64,000 bases of DNA from assembly GCA_024679065.1 (NCBI GenBank), contig JAGIQG010000010.1, positions 75,950,001-76,014,000 on the forward strand, read 5' to 3'. The notes beneath the pieces are model-generated. The model was given only the letters and a program-made list of their open reading frames with translations, was not told the DNA's origin and ran no database searches. The position numbers and the translations under genes were made by a program. Below are positions 26,200-37,850 of the stretch, piece after piece. This DNA comes from Sphyrna mokarran. Its lineage: Eukaryota. Each line of letters starts with the position of its first letter. The first letter of the stretch is position 1.

Positions 26200-26380
26200 A
26201 ATCCACCTTATCTACATATCTTTGGAGTGTGGAAAGAAACCAGATCACTCAGAAGAATCCATAGAGATATGGGGAGAATGTACAAACTCCACATAGACAT
26301 TGACCCAAGACCGGAATTGAACCTGGGTTCTTGACAACATGAGGCAGCAGTGCTAATTACCGTGCCACCATGCTGCCCTG
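26200..26380 (-). mobile_element. HE1-like V-SINE
   Basis: Reverse complement GGGCAGCATGGTGGCACGG...GGTTCAATTCC...GTGGAGTTTGTACATTCTCCCC...TCCAAAGATATGTAG. Confidence 0.8.
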
Positions 26381-27929
26381 TGGGAGATATTGGCCATTGC
26401 AAACTTGATGCAGCAGGCTTTGATTGATTTGTTTCAAAGCCTGCATAATTTAGCCATGGGTCTTTGCTAGTAACTACAATGAAACAATAATGAGATTCTC
26501 TGTCAGCTTTTGCAAAAAGGCAATGGAATCCTGAATGAAGTGAGGCAGATTCTGGCTTGAATTGTAATGGCTACAGTTTCTAGCCTGCTGAGTGTTCTCA
26601 TATCACAGATATGGGAGGATGCAGAGGAATTAGGGTCCCCTCCTTCTATCACTCCCTCCTAATTATCACCCTTGCCCACTCCTTGGTTTTATCATGAGGG
26701 TGATTTTTCACTGGTTTGTGTTATGTTTCATGTTTATTGTTACATTTACCACAATATTTTATTGCACAATGTACTGTGTCATTTAATTTGGAATCTATTC
26801 TTTGTAGTGTGTTGTATAATATATTAATGCCCTTACTTAAATGTGCATTGTTCCATTTCAGATTTCTTGGATATTTGAGTAGTTGTGATTTAGCAATAGT
26901 TCTATTTATGTAATGCTTAAGCATTTATTGTTTCTGATGCTCAATTCCCATAAAATCCCATAGGATCTCTCCAATGGAGACGAAAGCTATTGGGAGACAG
27001 AATATTCTATAACAGCATGAGGAGAAAACATATGAGGTTAAAATAAAGAAAGTACAGTTGGAGATCATCCAGGAGTTGCTTGCATGTTGTATTCCACAGG
27101 TGGCTGCAGTGCAGGAAGAGCTTTTATGATCTAATCAGGTCAGCAAATGTAAGTAAGTTGCACATTCACTTACAAAAGGGAGACATTGGTATGGTAGTAA
27201 TGTAATAGCCTGAAGGCTCAGACTCACGCCCTGGGGAATGGGTTCAAATTCCATTTAAATTCAATGAATAGCTAATTGCAATTGGTCAATAAAAACTTGT
27301 CATTGAATGCTAGTGTAGGCAATGGTGATGAGGAAACTATCAGTGGTTGTTATCACACATTGGCGGTAGTTTCCGTAAAGTGCTCGTTTTTTTCTCACAT
27401 TAATGTTACTGATTTGAAAACAATTTTTTGCATAACCTTTTACATGAACAATTGACATTTACCTTCTTCAGTAGCAACTGGCTCAAAAGCCTTTCAAGTA
27501 TTTGGCCGAAAATGAAGACAATCTTTCAACTAACAGATCTGTTGTTTTACTTCTGAAGGAAGGGAGATAGGAGGGAGAAAGGGAGGGAGGGAAGGAGGAA
27601 AGGAGGGAGGGACAGAGGGACGGAGACAAATTTGCAATTCTCAATGTTGAAAAGCAGTTACTAGCAACTGACTGCTCTGGTGGTGACTGCAGCTAGAGCT
27701 TCCTCATGTGCTTCGGAAGGCATGTCTGCATCTGGACCCATGTGCTTCTCTGTCCCTTCCATTTTAACATTAACTTGTCCGTGTGATTGAGGTCCAGAAT
27801 ACTGTAATATATGTCAGGAGTTGTCCGGGTAATGGAAATATGAATGATTTCAGCATCTCTATTGTCATATCTACCACCTAACATGTTGAAATTTATACCC
27901 TTTGGATTTTTTGTGCAATTTGTGGCTGA

Positions 27930-28230
27930 TCCCAGGATATCGTGTCATCAGCCACATTCTCAGCAGGTAACACATATCACTTTTTATCTATTCTAAACTT
28001 CCCATTGATTAACTCATTGCTTGGTGCAACCTGAGTTCACCAGGAGGATTGAATCATGAACACTTGCCCAGTTATCTGCATTTACAGTGACGATCTTCAG
28101 TTGGACATTACAAATAATCATGATATTCAAATAATGGAAGCTCTTCCTATTGTTAACTGAATTAGGCTCATCTTTTGCTGTCTTCAGTGGAGTATGTGTT
28201 CTATTGCTAGCGCTAAGCATTTTGGGACAC
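27930..28230 (-). mobile_element. Decayed PIF/Harbinger (HARBI1-like DDE) transposase fragment
   Basis: NRKSFHYLNIMIICN...IVTVNA..WASVHDSILL resembles NRKGFHSxNVQxxCD...WPGSxHDS. A downstream frame gives SDMCYLLRMWLMT, resembling GDxGYPLxxWLMTP. Confidence 0.7.
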
Positions 28231-28289
28231 CATGAATCCTGTGGAATGCTTTAGGCTACTCCCTTATCTTCACAGAGACATGTTGAAGT

Positions 28290-29480
28290 TAGATAAAGGG
28301 AAATCAGTAGATGTAATATATTAGGATTTCCACTAAGTATCCAATAAGGCACCATAAGGCTGCTTAATAGGATAAGAGCCCATGGTGTTGAGGGGCATTA
28401 CATTTGGATGCATAGACAATTGGCTAACTAATAGAAGGTGGAGAATTAGATAAGAGGCAAATTTTCAGGATGATAACCTGCAACTAATGGAATGCCACAG
28501 AGGTAACTGCGAGGGCTACATTTGTTTATGATATATACTAATGATTTGGATGAGGGAAGTGAATCTAGCATTACCAAGTTTGCAGATGACACAAAAATTG
28601 GAAGGTGGGAAGTGGTGAGAATGACACAGAGTCTACATAGAGATATAGACAGCTTAAGTAAGTGGGCAAAAACTTGGCAGATGGAATAAAATATAGGAAA
28701 ATGTGAAGTTATGCATTTTGGTAGGAAGAATAAAGGAACTGAATCTTATTACGTAGAGAAAGAAAACTGCAGCACAGAAGGATATGGGAGTCCCTGTTTA
28801 TAAATTACAAAAGTCTAGCACTCAAGTTCAGCAGGCAATAGGGAAGGAAAATTAAATGTTGGTCTTTATTTCAAAGGGAATGGAGTATAGAAAGTCTTGC
28901 TCAAATTATACAAGGCACTAGTTAGATCACACCTGGAATACTGGGAACAATTTTTTTCCTCTTATCAAAGGAAAAATATACCCATATTGATAGCAGTCCA
29001 GAAAAGGATAACTTAATTGATCTCAACTACGGAAGAATTTTCTTAGGAAGAGAGGTTGAGTAAATTGAACCTGTACCTTTTAGAGTTAGAAGAATGAGAG
29101 GTGACCTTATTGAGACATGAAGGATTTTCAGGGGACTTGACTGGTAGGTGTGGAGAAGCTGTTTCCCCGTTCTGGGAGACAGGGACCAAGGGACATAATT
29201 TCAGATTAAGAGTTGCCCATTTAAGACTGAGGGTAGGAGGAATTTCTTTTCTCAGAGGGTAATGAATCTATGGAATTCTTTGCCACAGAGGGCTGTAATG
29301 GCTGGGTCGTTACATATATTCAATTCAGATTTTTAATCAGTAAGGAAATCAAGGGTTATGGGGATAAGGTGGAAAAGTGAATTTGAAGATTATCATACCA
29401 GTCATGATCACATTGAATGGTGGAGCAGACTGGATGGACTAAAAAGCCCCTAATTCTGCTCCTACTTTTATAGTCTTAGA
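28290..29480 (+). mobile_element. Decayed CR1-like LINE (RT C-terminal half and 3' tail)
   Basis: KFADDTKIG, W..WQME....KCEVMHFG, YKALVRSHLEY, RMRGDLIET and FFSQRVMNLWNSLP motifs. Confidence 0.88.
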
Positions 29481-30256
29481 GTGAGCCCTTTGATGGATTG
29501 TCTCAGTAACCTGGTGAGTGAAGCCCTCACAGCATTCTGGAGGATTTTGTATATGTCACCAACAGCTGACTGAAATGACTCAGTTCGCTTTTTATGCATA
29601 TAAAAATTCAATGCAATGATTACTTTCATTGCCACTGATAAAACAGTACAGCATTTTTAATTAATGTCCTATTGCTGTCACTCTGGAGCCACCTGTAGGC
29701 CAGACCAGGAAGAGATAGCAGATTTCTTTCCCTGAAGGACGTTAGTGAAACTAATGTATGTCCTGCTCAGTGTTTGAATTGACAACAGGTGCTGGAATAT
29801 CTGTTCAAGGTGATGATAACTTACATCAGCTTCCAGACTTTCTAAAAACTCAACGTACATAAAGAACTTGTAACAGTGAAATCTAACACACTGCAGATTC
29901 CTATATCACATATACTTTGGAAAAAGATTCTAAAATCAACATATTAAAGAGACTTTTGTGAGATTTATCAAACTCTGTCTATAACCCCTGTATAAAGTGT
30001 GTTAAACAGCCAAAATTCACACAGAAGTTAGAGAATTATTTACTTATCTATCTTTTTTGAACATTTTGGAGAGTTACAGATCACTTGAACATATCAAACA
30101 TTAAAATTGTTTTCAAGAAACTTTAGAATTTCTGTGCTGCCAGCTCAGCTTTCTAATTCAGTTCCTCAGATCTAGAGCAGCAATGACATTGTCAAGGCAG
30201 ATCCGTACTATTTCTAGGCAACTCCTGGGTATCTAGCCCAAAATTCAGTGATTATT

Positions 30257-31065
30257 TGTGATGTTAATATATGTTTAAGAAGTGTCTTTTTTTAATCATA
30301 TACTCTGCAATTGTAAGCAAACTTTTTAAGTTTGTTTTTCTCATTGTTGTCAGGCTGTCTGTGGGTCTTTTTTATTGGTGCTTAAATTAGTGTTTGTTTA
30401 TTTCTTCCGGGATGTTTATGACTCTGCATTGTTAGGAGAAAAACAAGTTGGCAGGTCAAGTGACAGGATTTTCTTTCATTTTCAGTTTAGAGCTGCAGGT
30501 TTGAGTTTTAATTTTAGAAGGAACATCAAGTTGAAAGTCTCACTCTCCCTGGTTTTGGAAATTCTGTTGGTTAGCTGAAAGCAAGGCTTTGCCTTTCTGA
30601 TGGGGAGAATCAGCTATTGGTGTCTTGCCTAAAGTCCTTGATGTTTTGGGAAGCTGCTCTTACTTCAGACTGTCTGAGTCTATCCAGAGAACTGCAGGAG
30701 AGCTACAGATTTCATTCAAAGGTCTCAAGTCCGGTATCACATGAGCATTAGTCTTTGGTGTATTAAACCTGTAAAAATTAACTTTTGTCTATAGATTGGT
30801 TTGATTGGAACACATTAGGTATATTTGTTAAGGATTATAGTGATTGTTTTGTTTCTTGTTTATAATTGATAAAAGTTCATGCTAATTTGTTTACATACAT
30901 GTTAATTATATTCTTAAATAGATTTTGTTTGATAAAAGCTCCCTAGTGGTCATTTGAATCATATCTGAAGTGAAAAATATCATGCTTATCCTAACTAAAT
31001 TCAAGATGCAAAACTTATGATCCTAGCGGGCTCCACTTTGGAAGTTTCTGACCTGAATCATAAAG
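30257..31065 (+). mobile_element. Possible solo LTR
   Basis: Starts TGTGATG and ends ...GACCTGAATCATAA, with an AT-rich polyA-like region. No clear TSD; based on overall resemblance only. Confidence 0.3.
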
Positions 31066-31309
31066 TATGCAATGCCTCAATGAAAATCCTGGAAATACCA
31101 AGGAATACATTGGAGTAATTGAAGCAATGTTTAAAAAAACCCACATGGAACTTTAAAATTCCTGCAGATCTAACATGAGAAAATCTGGCCATTGGTCCCT
31201 CTTGTGGAGTCTTGCTGTGTATCCCCTAAAGTACATTCTGGCCCTAGCAATACAATTGGTGGAAGATTTGGTTTAATTAGTCTGGATCAGACCAAACAAT
31301 GAATTTGCC

Positions 31310-32810
31310 AATACCTGAAAATTGAAACTGGGAACTTATGAGGCGCTTTGGGCCATTAGTAGCAGCAGCAGAATTGTACTCAGCCACAATTTGTAACCTT
31401 ATGGTCCAGCATATATCCCACTCTACTACTACTAGCAAGCCAATTGATCAATCCTGGTTCAATGAAAAGCATTCTGGGATCAACACCAGGCATATCTAAA
31501 AATGAGCTGTCAGCCTGGTGAAGCTACACCGCAGAGCTACATGCACCACAAGCAGCATAACGAGCAATGATAGACAGAGTTCAGCAATCCCACAAATAAC
31601 AGATCAGATCTGGAGGAGGAGGCTTCACAAATATCTCTGACTTCAATGACGGAAGAGCCCAACATATAAATGCAAAAGACAAGGTTGAAACATTTGCACT
31701 CACCTTCAACCAGGAGTGCCAAGTGGAAGATCCATAGCAATATCCTCCTCAGGCCATCAGTATCACAGATGTCAGAGTTCAGTAAATTTGATTCACTCTA
31801 TGTGATATCAAGGCTGAAGGTACTGGAGAGTGCAAAAGCTATGGGCCCAGACAACACTCCATCAATAGTATTAAAGGTTTGTACTCCAGAACTAGCTTGG
31901 CCCCTAGCCATCTACCCAGCAAAATACAAAATTGGCCAGGTATGCAGGTGTGTCCTGTCCACAAACACAAAATAAATCCAACCCAGACAATTACTGTCCC
32001 ATCACTCTACTCAAAACTGCCAGCAAAGTGATGGAAGGCATCATCGATAGTGCTTACTCAACAATAACATCACTAATGCTCAGTTTGAGTTCCATCGGGG
32101 CCATTCAGCCTTGGTTCAAACATGGATAAAAGAGCTGAGCTCAAGTGGTGTGATAAGAGCAGCAAGAGTGACTGCCTTTAAGGCAGCATTTGACCACATG
32201 TGGCATCATGGAATCTTTGTGAAACTTAAGCCAATGGCAAAGACGCAAAACTCTCTGCAGATTGGAGTCATACCTAGCACAAAAGAAGATGGTTGTTGGA
32301 AATCAGTCATCTCTGTTCCATGACATCACTGCAGGAGTTCCAAAGGGGAATGTTCTAGGCCAAGACATTTTCAGCCGCTTCATCAATGACTTTCCATCCA
32401 CCATAAGGACAGAAGTAGGGATTTTTGTGAATGACTGCATAATGCTCATCGCTCTTCGTGACTCTTGGAGTAGTCCATGTCCAAATGCAGTAAGACTTGG
32501 AAAATATTCAGGCTTGGGCTGACAAGTGACATGTATTATTCACACCAAATAAGTGCTTGGCCATCTCCAACAAGAGAGAATCCACTCACCTTCCCTTGAC
32601 ATTCAGTGGTTTTCCTATTGCTGAATGCCACACTATCAACATCCTGGGGTTTCCAATTGTCCAGAAAATGAATTGGAATAGCCTTATAAAAATGATGGCT
32701 GCAAGGTCAGAAGCTAAGAATTCTGTGGAGAGTAATTCATCTACTGACTCCCCAAAGTCTGTCACTTATCCACAGGACACAAGTCAAGACTGTGATGGAA
32801 TACTTTTTGT
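31310..32810 (+). mobile_element. Decayed CR1/L2-clade LINE ORF2 fragment
   Basis: KAMGPDNTPSIVLKVCTPELAWPL, KSNPDNYCPITLL, AAFDHMWHHG, ITAGVPKGNVLG and FINDFPS...FVNDC motifs with frameshifts. Confidence 0.85.
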
Positions 32811-34129
32811 GGGAGAAAATTCCACACTTTATATGAAAGCACATTTCCTAAATCTTTCTGGAACAGCCTGGCTCTGATTTTTATGGCTGTGTTGCCTTGT
32901 CTTAGACAGATATAACAATGGAATGTTTCCATCTAACTGTTTTATCAATACCTTTCAAAAGTCCAAACAAAAAATTAACCTTCTATATTCTAGAGCACCA
33001 GAATATTACGAGAGACTCCCTGGTTATATTCTGATGAATCTACAATGCTCTATTTCTGAAGGCCACTATGTCTCATCTACAATGTGGCACCTAAAACTGC
33101 AAAAGTCTTATACTGTAACCAGGACTTTGTAGCACTTTAGCAAAATTGTCTCCCATTGGAATATGCTCCTCTAGTTTTAAAGGATAACATTCCATTAGCT
33201 GTTTTTATTATTTTTGGGCCAAATAGTACATTTTAGTACATGGACCTTTAATCTATTTACACTTCCACTGTTTCTAACCTCTCACCATTTAAAAAAATAT
33301 TCTGATATATCTCTTTTAGTCCAAAATTGATAACTTCACACTTTCCTGCACTAAAATACAATTCTGACTAATTTTCCCGTTGACTTAATAGAGAGGTGTC
33401 TTTGTAATTTTATATCCTGTTTACTATACTAAGGAGAGCGTGCCTGTCTCTGAACCAGAAGCTCCGAGTCCCACCCCAGTAAATGATAGCCAAAGAAGGA
33501 GCGTTCATAACACAGTCAGTTTGAGTATGTCAAGCTGTAAATCTACCCAAAAACGTCAATGGTTGCGGCAAGAGCGGGAGAGACTCCTGGTCAGCCACAC
33601 TTGATGGTGAGTGACGTCCCTCAAGCTTTAAGCCTCTGGCGACAGACTAGCATCCTGGAAACAGACTAACGTTTGCCTTAGTGCACCGCTAGTTGCTGGA
33701 AGAGAATTAGACATATTGTATTAGAAATATTATATTTGGGTTATTGACGAATTCGGATTATACGATTCTTTGAGGGAAGTTTTGTTTGGGGATAATTGCT
33801 AGTATTGGGGGTTAAAGGTGCTGAAATTGACAGCACACTAGAAAACAAATTCCAACTCTTCAACTTCTGCACTTAATGGTGCCGCATACCATCCCACCCC
33901 TGCATTCTACTCCCCTTTAAAGAGAGTCGGACTGTGAATTTAAATGTTAGTAGGGATCGCGTTTTTAATCGGTATTTTCAAACTTAACTGTGGGTGACTA
34001 TAGTGGCTTCAAAGACATTCTGAAACACTCCTGATAATCATCTCCTCAGCAATCCCCGGTCATACATTGTTCCTCTCGGTAGCAAGTTTCTTTCGCCTAT
34101 TGAAAGGTCAAAGGATCTCTCTGCTGGCC

Positions 34130-34660
34130 CTCACTGGCCACAGGGTCAAACCAGGGTGCTATCAGTGAAAGTGAGCAAGAAATGCTGGCCAACTCTTCTC
34201 CCAAACCTTCTTCAAATCAACAGATCCAGCACTGAGGCACAAATCACTCAATCCAATTCTGTTGGACAGGACATGCCATTTGTCTGCCAGATTGCCTCAG
34301 CAAATGCTCTACTTGGAACTTGATCCGGCAGAAGATTCCCCGGAGGACAACGGAAACACGTCAGGGATGAAAAGATCAAGAGCATCCTTGTGGACTTACG
34401 GCAGTTCCTGGCTTGTTACTGATCAGAATGGCGAAGGTTCAGCCAGCAACGCACTGAACAGAGAGACTTCATCAGGAACACGCAGTTGTAAACTTGAAGC
34501 AGCGGCAAGAGCATACAAGCATTCAAATTCCTCATTTGTTTCATTCTTTAATCACCCTCTGTCCCATCTAGAACAGAGGCTACAGATCACATTTTGAATT
34601 CATGAGCCATCTCGGAAGCCATGGAACTAGAGTGGAAGCAATTCATCCACAATTCCGACA
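34130..34660 (+). mobile_element. RTE-clade LINE 3' fragment
   Basis: W.GHAI...LPQQMLYLEL..GRRFPGGQRK pieces read across frameshifts. Confidence 0.6.
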
Positions 34661-34689
34661 GCCTGTCTAATACCAAGTCATAGGAAATG

Positions 34690-34995
34690 TAGCACACAGC
34701 AAACAATGTGCTAATGACCAGTTAATTCTGTTTAGTGATATTGATTGGGGTTAGCTTAATGATATGATATTGATAAACATTAGCTCTGGACAATGGGTTT
34801 AATTTCCCGGTTGCTGAATGTTTTACATCCAACTGAAAAAGCAGCCAGGACCTCGGGTTAATGTTTAATCTAAAAGACTTCAGCACTAACTTAAAATATT
34901 AGCTGAGATTTTTTTGTGCTTAAAACTCTGGACTGGGACTCAAAACCATAGTTTTTTTTTGATTGACAAGATACTAACCGAGCCACGACTGACGC
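34690..34995 (-). mobile_element. Decayed Deu-domain SINE
   Basis: Similar to 23675-24070 (TAATGACCAG...TTTTACATCCAACTGA...CCTCGGGTTAATGT...TTTGTGCT...CTAACCGAGCCAC). Confidence 0.55.
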
Positions 34996-35314
34996 CAAAT
35001 TCCCAAATTGGTGAATTGTTTAACATATACTCACTGCTTGGTAAGAAACAACCCCAGATATTTAGGTGGATTGCTGTCAGTAATTATTTATGAATTACAA
35101 ATAAGAAAAGCTCCACTTTGTCCTTGCGAGAACACCGGAGATAAAAGTGATGCCATACTGCCACCTGTTGGATAGAACTGATGAAAACAATTGGTGGCGA
35201 GAGAGATTTCAGAAAAGAATGCCGCAGGTACGGAGGGGCTACGTCAAAGGAGTTGACTAAATACCTTTACAAACATTCCTAATGCAATCTGAACCAATTC
35301 CCAGGGTCGAAGGG

Positions 35315-35940
35315 TCAATTACTTGGAGCATAGGTTGAAAGTTAGTGGGGGAAAGTTTAAAAGCGATGTAAGGGGCAAGTTTTTTTCACACAGAGGGTGG
35401 TGAATGCTTGAAACACTCTGCCGGAGGAGTTGGTGGAAACAGATTTTATAACAACGTTCAAAAGGCATTTGGATAGATACATGAATAAGCGGGGAATAGA
35501 GGGATATAGACCACATTAAGGCAAGAAAGTATTAGAGAGACGTCTGTGTCAGCATAGATTTGTTGGGCTAAAGGGCTTGTCCCTGTGTGGTACTTCTATG
35601 TTCTTTTCTCTTTGTTGTTCAATACTTGGGGCGGCCCAGTGGTTAGCATTACTGCCTCACTGCACCAGAAACCCGGGTTCAATTCCCGACTTGGGTCACT
35701 GGCTGTGTAGAGTTTGCACATTCTCCCGATGCTTGCAAGAGTTTCCTCCGGGTGCTCCGGTTCCCTCTCACAGTCTAAAGATGTGCATGTTAGGTTGATT
35801 GGCCATGGCAAATTGGTCCTTAGTGTTAGGGTGATTAGGACTATTAATATGTGGGGTTACAGGAATGGGATCCAGGTAGGAAAGCTGTTGTGCAAGCTCG
35901 ATGGGTCAAATGGCCTCCTTCTGCTCTGTAAGTTCTATAA
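35315..35940 (+). mobile_element. CR1 3' tail followed by an HE1-like V-SINE
   Basis: AAGTTTAAAAGCGATGTAAGGGGCAAGTTTTTTTCACACAGAGGGTGGTG (CR1 3' end). From about 35628: CAGTGGTTAGCATT...GGTTCAATTCC...GTTTCCTCCGGGTGCTCCGG (V-domain). Confidence 0.85.
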
Positions 35941-37554
35941 TATTTGTACACTTGATTTTATAATAATCAATTCTTGAAAAATGATTACGACGCCTGTACC
36001 CGAAATCTCCCATGGTCCGTTAAAGTTGCATTGTAAATAATGTTTATTCCCAGGAAAATGCACAGAGAACTTTGCTCTACTTACTGTAATGCAATATTAA
36101 TGAGTGCAACAGGAAGAGCAATAACTTATCGGGCTGCTCTTTTTTAAATCTTAATGAGCCAGCTCGCACTCAAGTGTCACCATATTAACAAATGAACCTG
36201 AGTGACATTTCTGCTACACTGAAATGAATGATGGAAAAAATGGAAACTGTTTAAGATCTTAGTGGTCCTGCAATAAGCAACTGAGTTCCTAAATGGAAAT
36301 TACTTCAACGAAGAGGGCAGTTTAATGTCAGATTGAGCAAATGATAACATATTTCGTCCAAATAACGTCATCAGCAAGGTTTACTTCCAAGCAGCTGGAA
36401 ATAATGGAATCGCGCCATTAGAAAGAAGGATGTTATTAGAAAAGAGCCCTGGGCGATTTATTTCCCAAAACTGCGTGGCTGACCTGGTCCATTACTAAAG
36501 CAAGTTGATGCGAATGGAAGTAGCCCAAAGGAAAGCCAGCCTGAAAGCTGTAGTCCAAGCAACAGGACACGGATTTTGATGTAACCAACAGCTTACAGGA
36601 GTTTGAGAGCTCTAGCCAATGTTCCCAACTCATCTCCGTCGGAAGCGCCTTCTGTGACGTGAAGACACTTTCCGATTTGTGTGGGAGCAATTAGATGTGA
36701 GTGTACACTCCTGTTGTGATTTAAAGCGACTGTAGCATAAACCAATTTGAAAGCATAATGAACTATTTATCCTGTGCCGAGTTAGACGGGAATACATTTT
36801 CAGAGGTTTTTATTGTTCTTTCATTCATCTCTCTGGAATCTAATTTTGTTTACAAATCTCAATTGTGCTGGTTTGCACTCCAATTCACTTCCTCTTCAAT
36901 TATTTATATGCTATAATCTAGAAAAATCAAACATCAAATAGTTTAAAATGCCCTAGCATGTGTCATGACATGACTTTATGTAAACAAATCATCTTTCCAA
37001 CTGTAAATTCATTATATTTAAATTAGAATTAAAGTATCAAAATTTTAGATTACAGAGCATTGCAAATTGCTAATAGACAACTCAAGATTTGTAGGCATAT
37101 ACATAGAAAATGCTGGATAAACTCAGCGGGAGAGAAACAGAATTAACTTTTCAGATGTAAATGATCCTTCTACAGAATTTCCTTATATCAATTAAATTTC
37201 AAACCTCAATATTTTGTCGCCATTACTTTATTTTACAAATTATTCCAAACAAGTGACCTTTCATTCATTCCTTATGTAGCCTCTTTCTTCTAGTATTCTT
37301 ATATTCCCCAGAATCTGTCGAAGGATCATTTAGGTCCAAATTTCTCTTCACAAATGCTGCCAGACCTGAGTTTATCCATCATTTTCCGTTTTTTTAATTT
37401 CAGATACATGTACATATATATTCATCCCATGTAGGTATTGCTGACAAGTTCTATATTTGTCCTTGCGAAAGTACTAGAGAGCTGCTATTTTTTGGATTAC
37501 TGTAGTCCATGGGGTGTATAGACGCTAACAAGGAGAAATGAAGGAAGAATCATG

Positions 37555-37850
37555 TATAATCTTTACAGTGCAGGAGGCCCTTCAGCCCATCGAGTTTGTA
37601 CCGATCACAATCCCACCCAGGCCCTATTTCCACAACCCCACATATTTACCGTTCTAATACTCCTGAAACGAAGCGGCAAATTAGCATTGCCAATCCACTG
37701 AACCCACACATCTTTGGACTAAGAGGAAATCGGAGCAATCCGTGCAGACATAGGGAGAACATGCAAACTTCACACAGACAATGACCCAAGGTCGGAAATG
37801 AACCTGACTCCTTGATGCTGTGAGGCACCACTATGTCACCTTGCCACCCC
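37555..37850 (-). mobile_element. HE1-like V-SINE
   Basis: Reverse-complement V-domain TGTGTGAAGTTTGCATGTTCTCCCT...TCCAAAGATGTGTGGGTT and a HER1-type tail CTCGATGGGCTGAAGGGCCTCC. Confidence 0.8.

Noticed and set aside
33430-33710. Possible additional SINE or ncRNA
   Set aside because: Only a partial tRNA-like head and no second copy in the window, so it cannot be supported.
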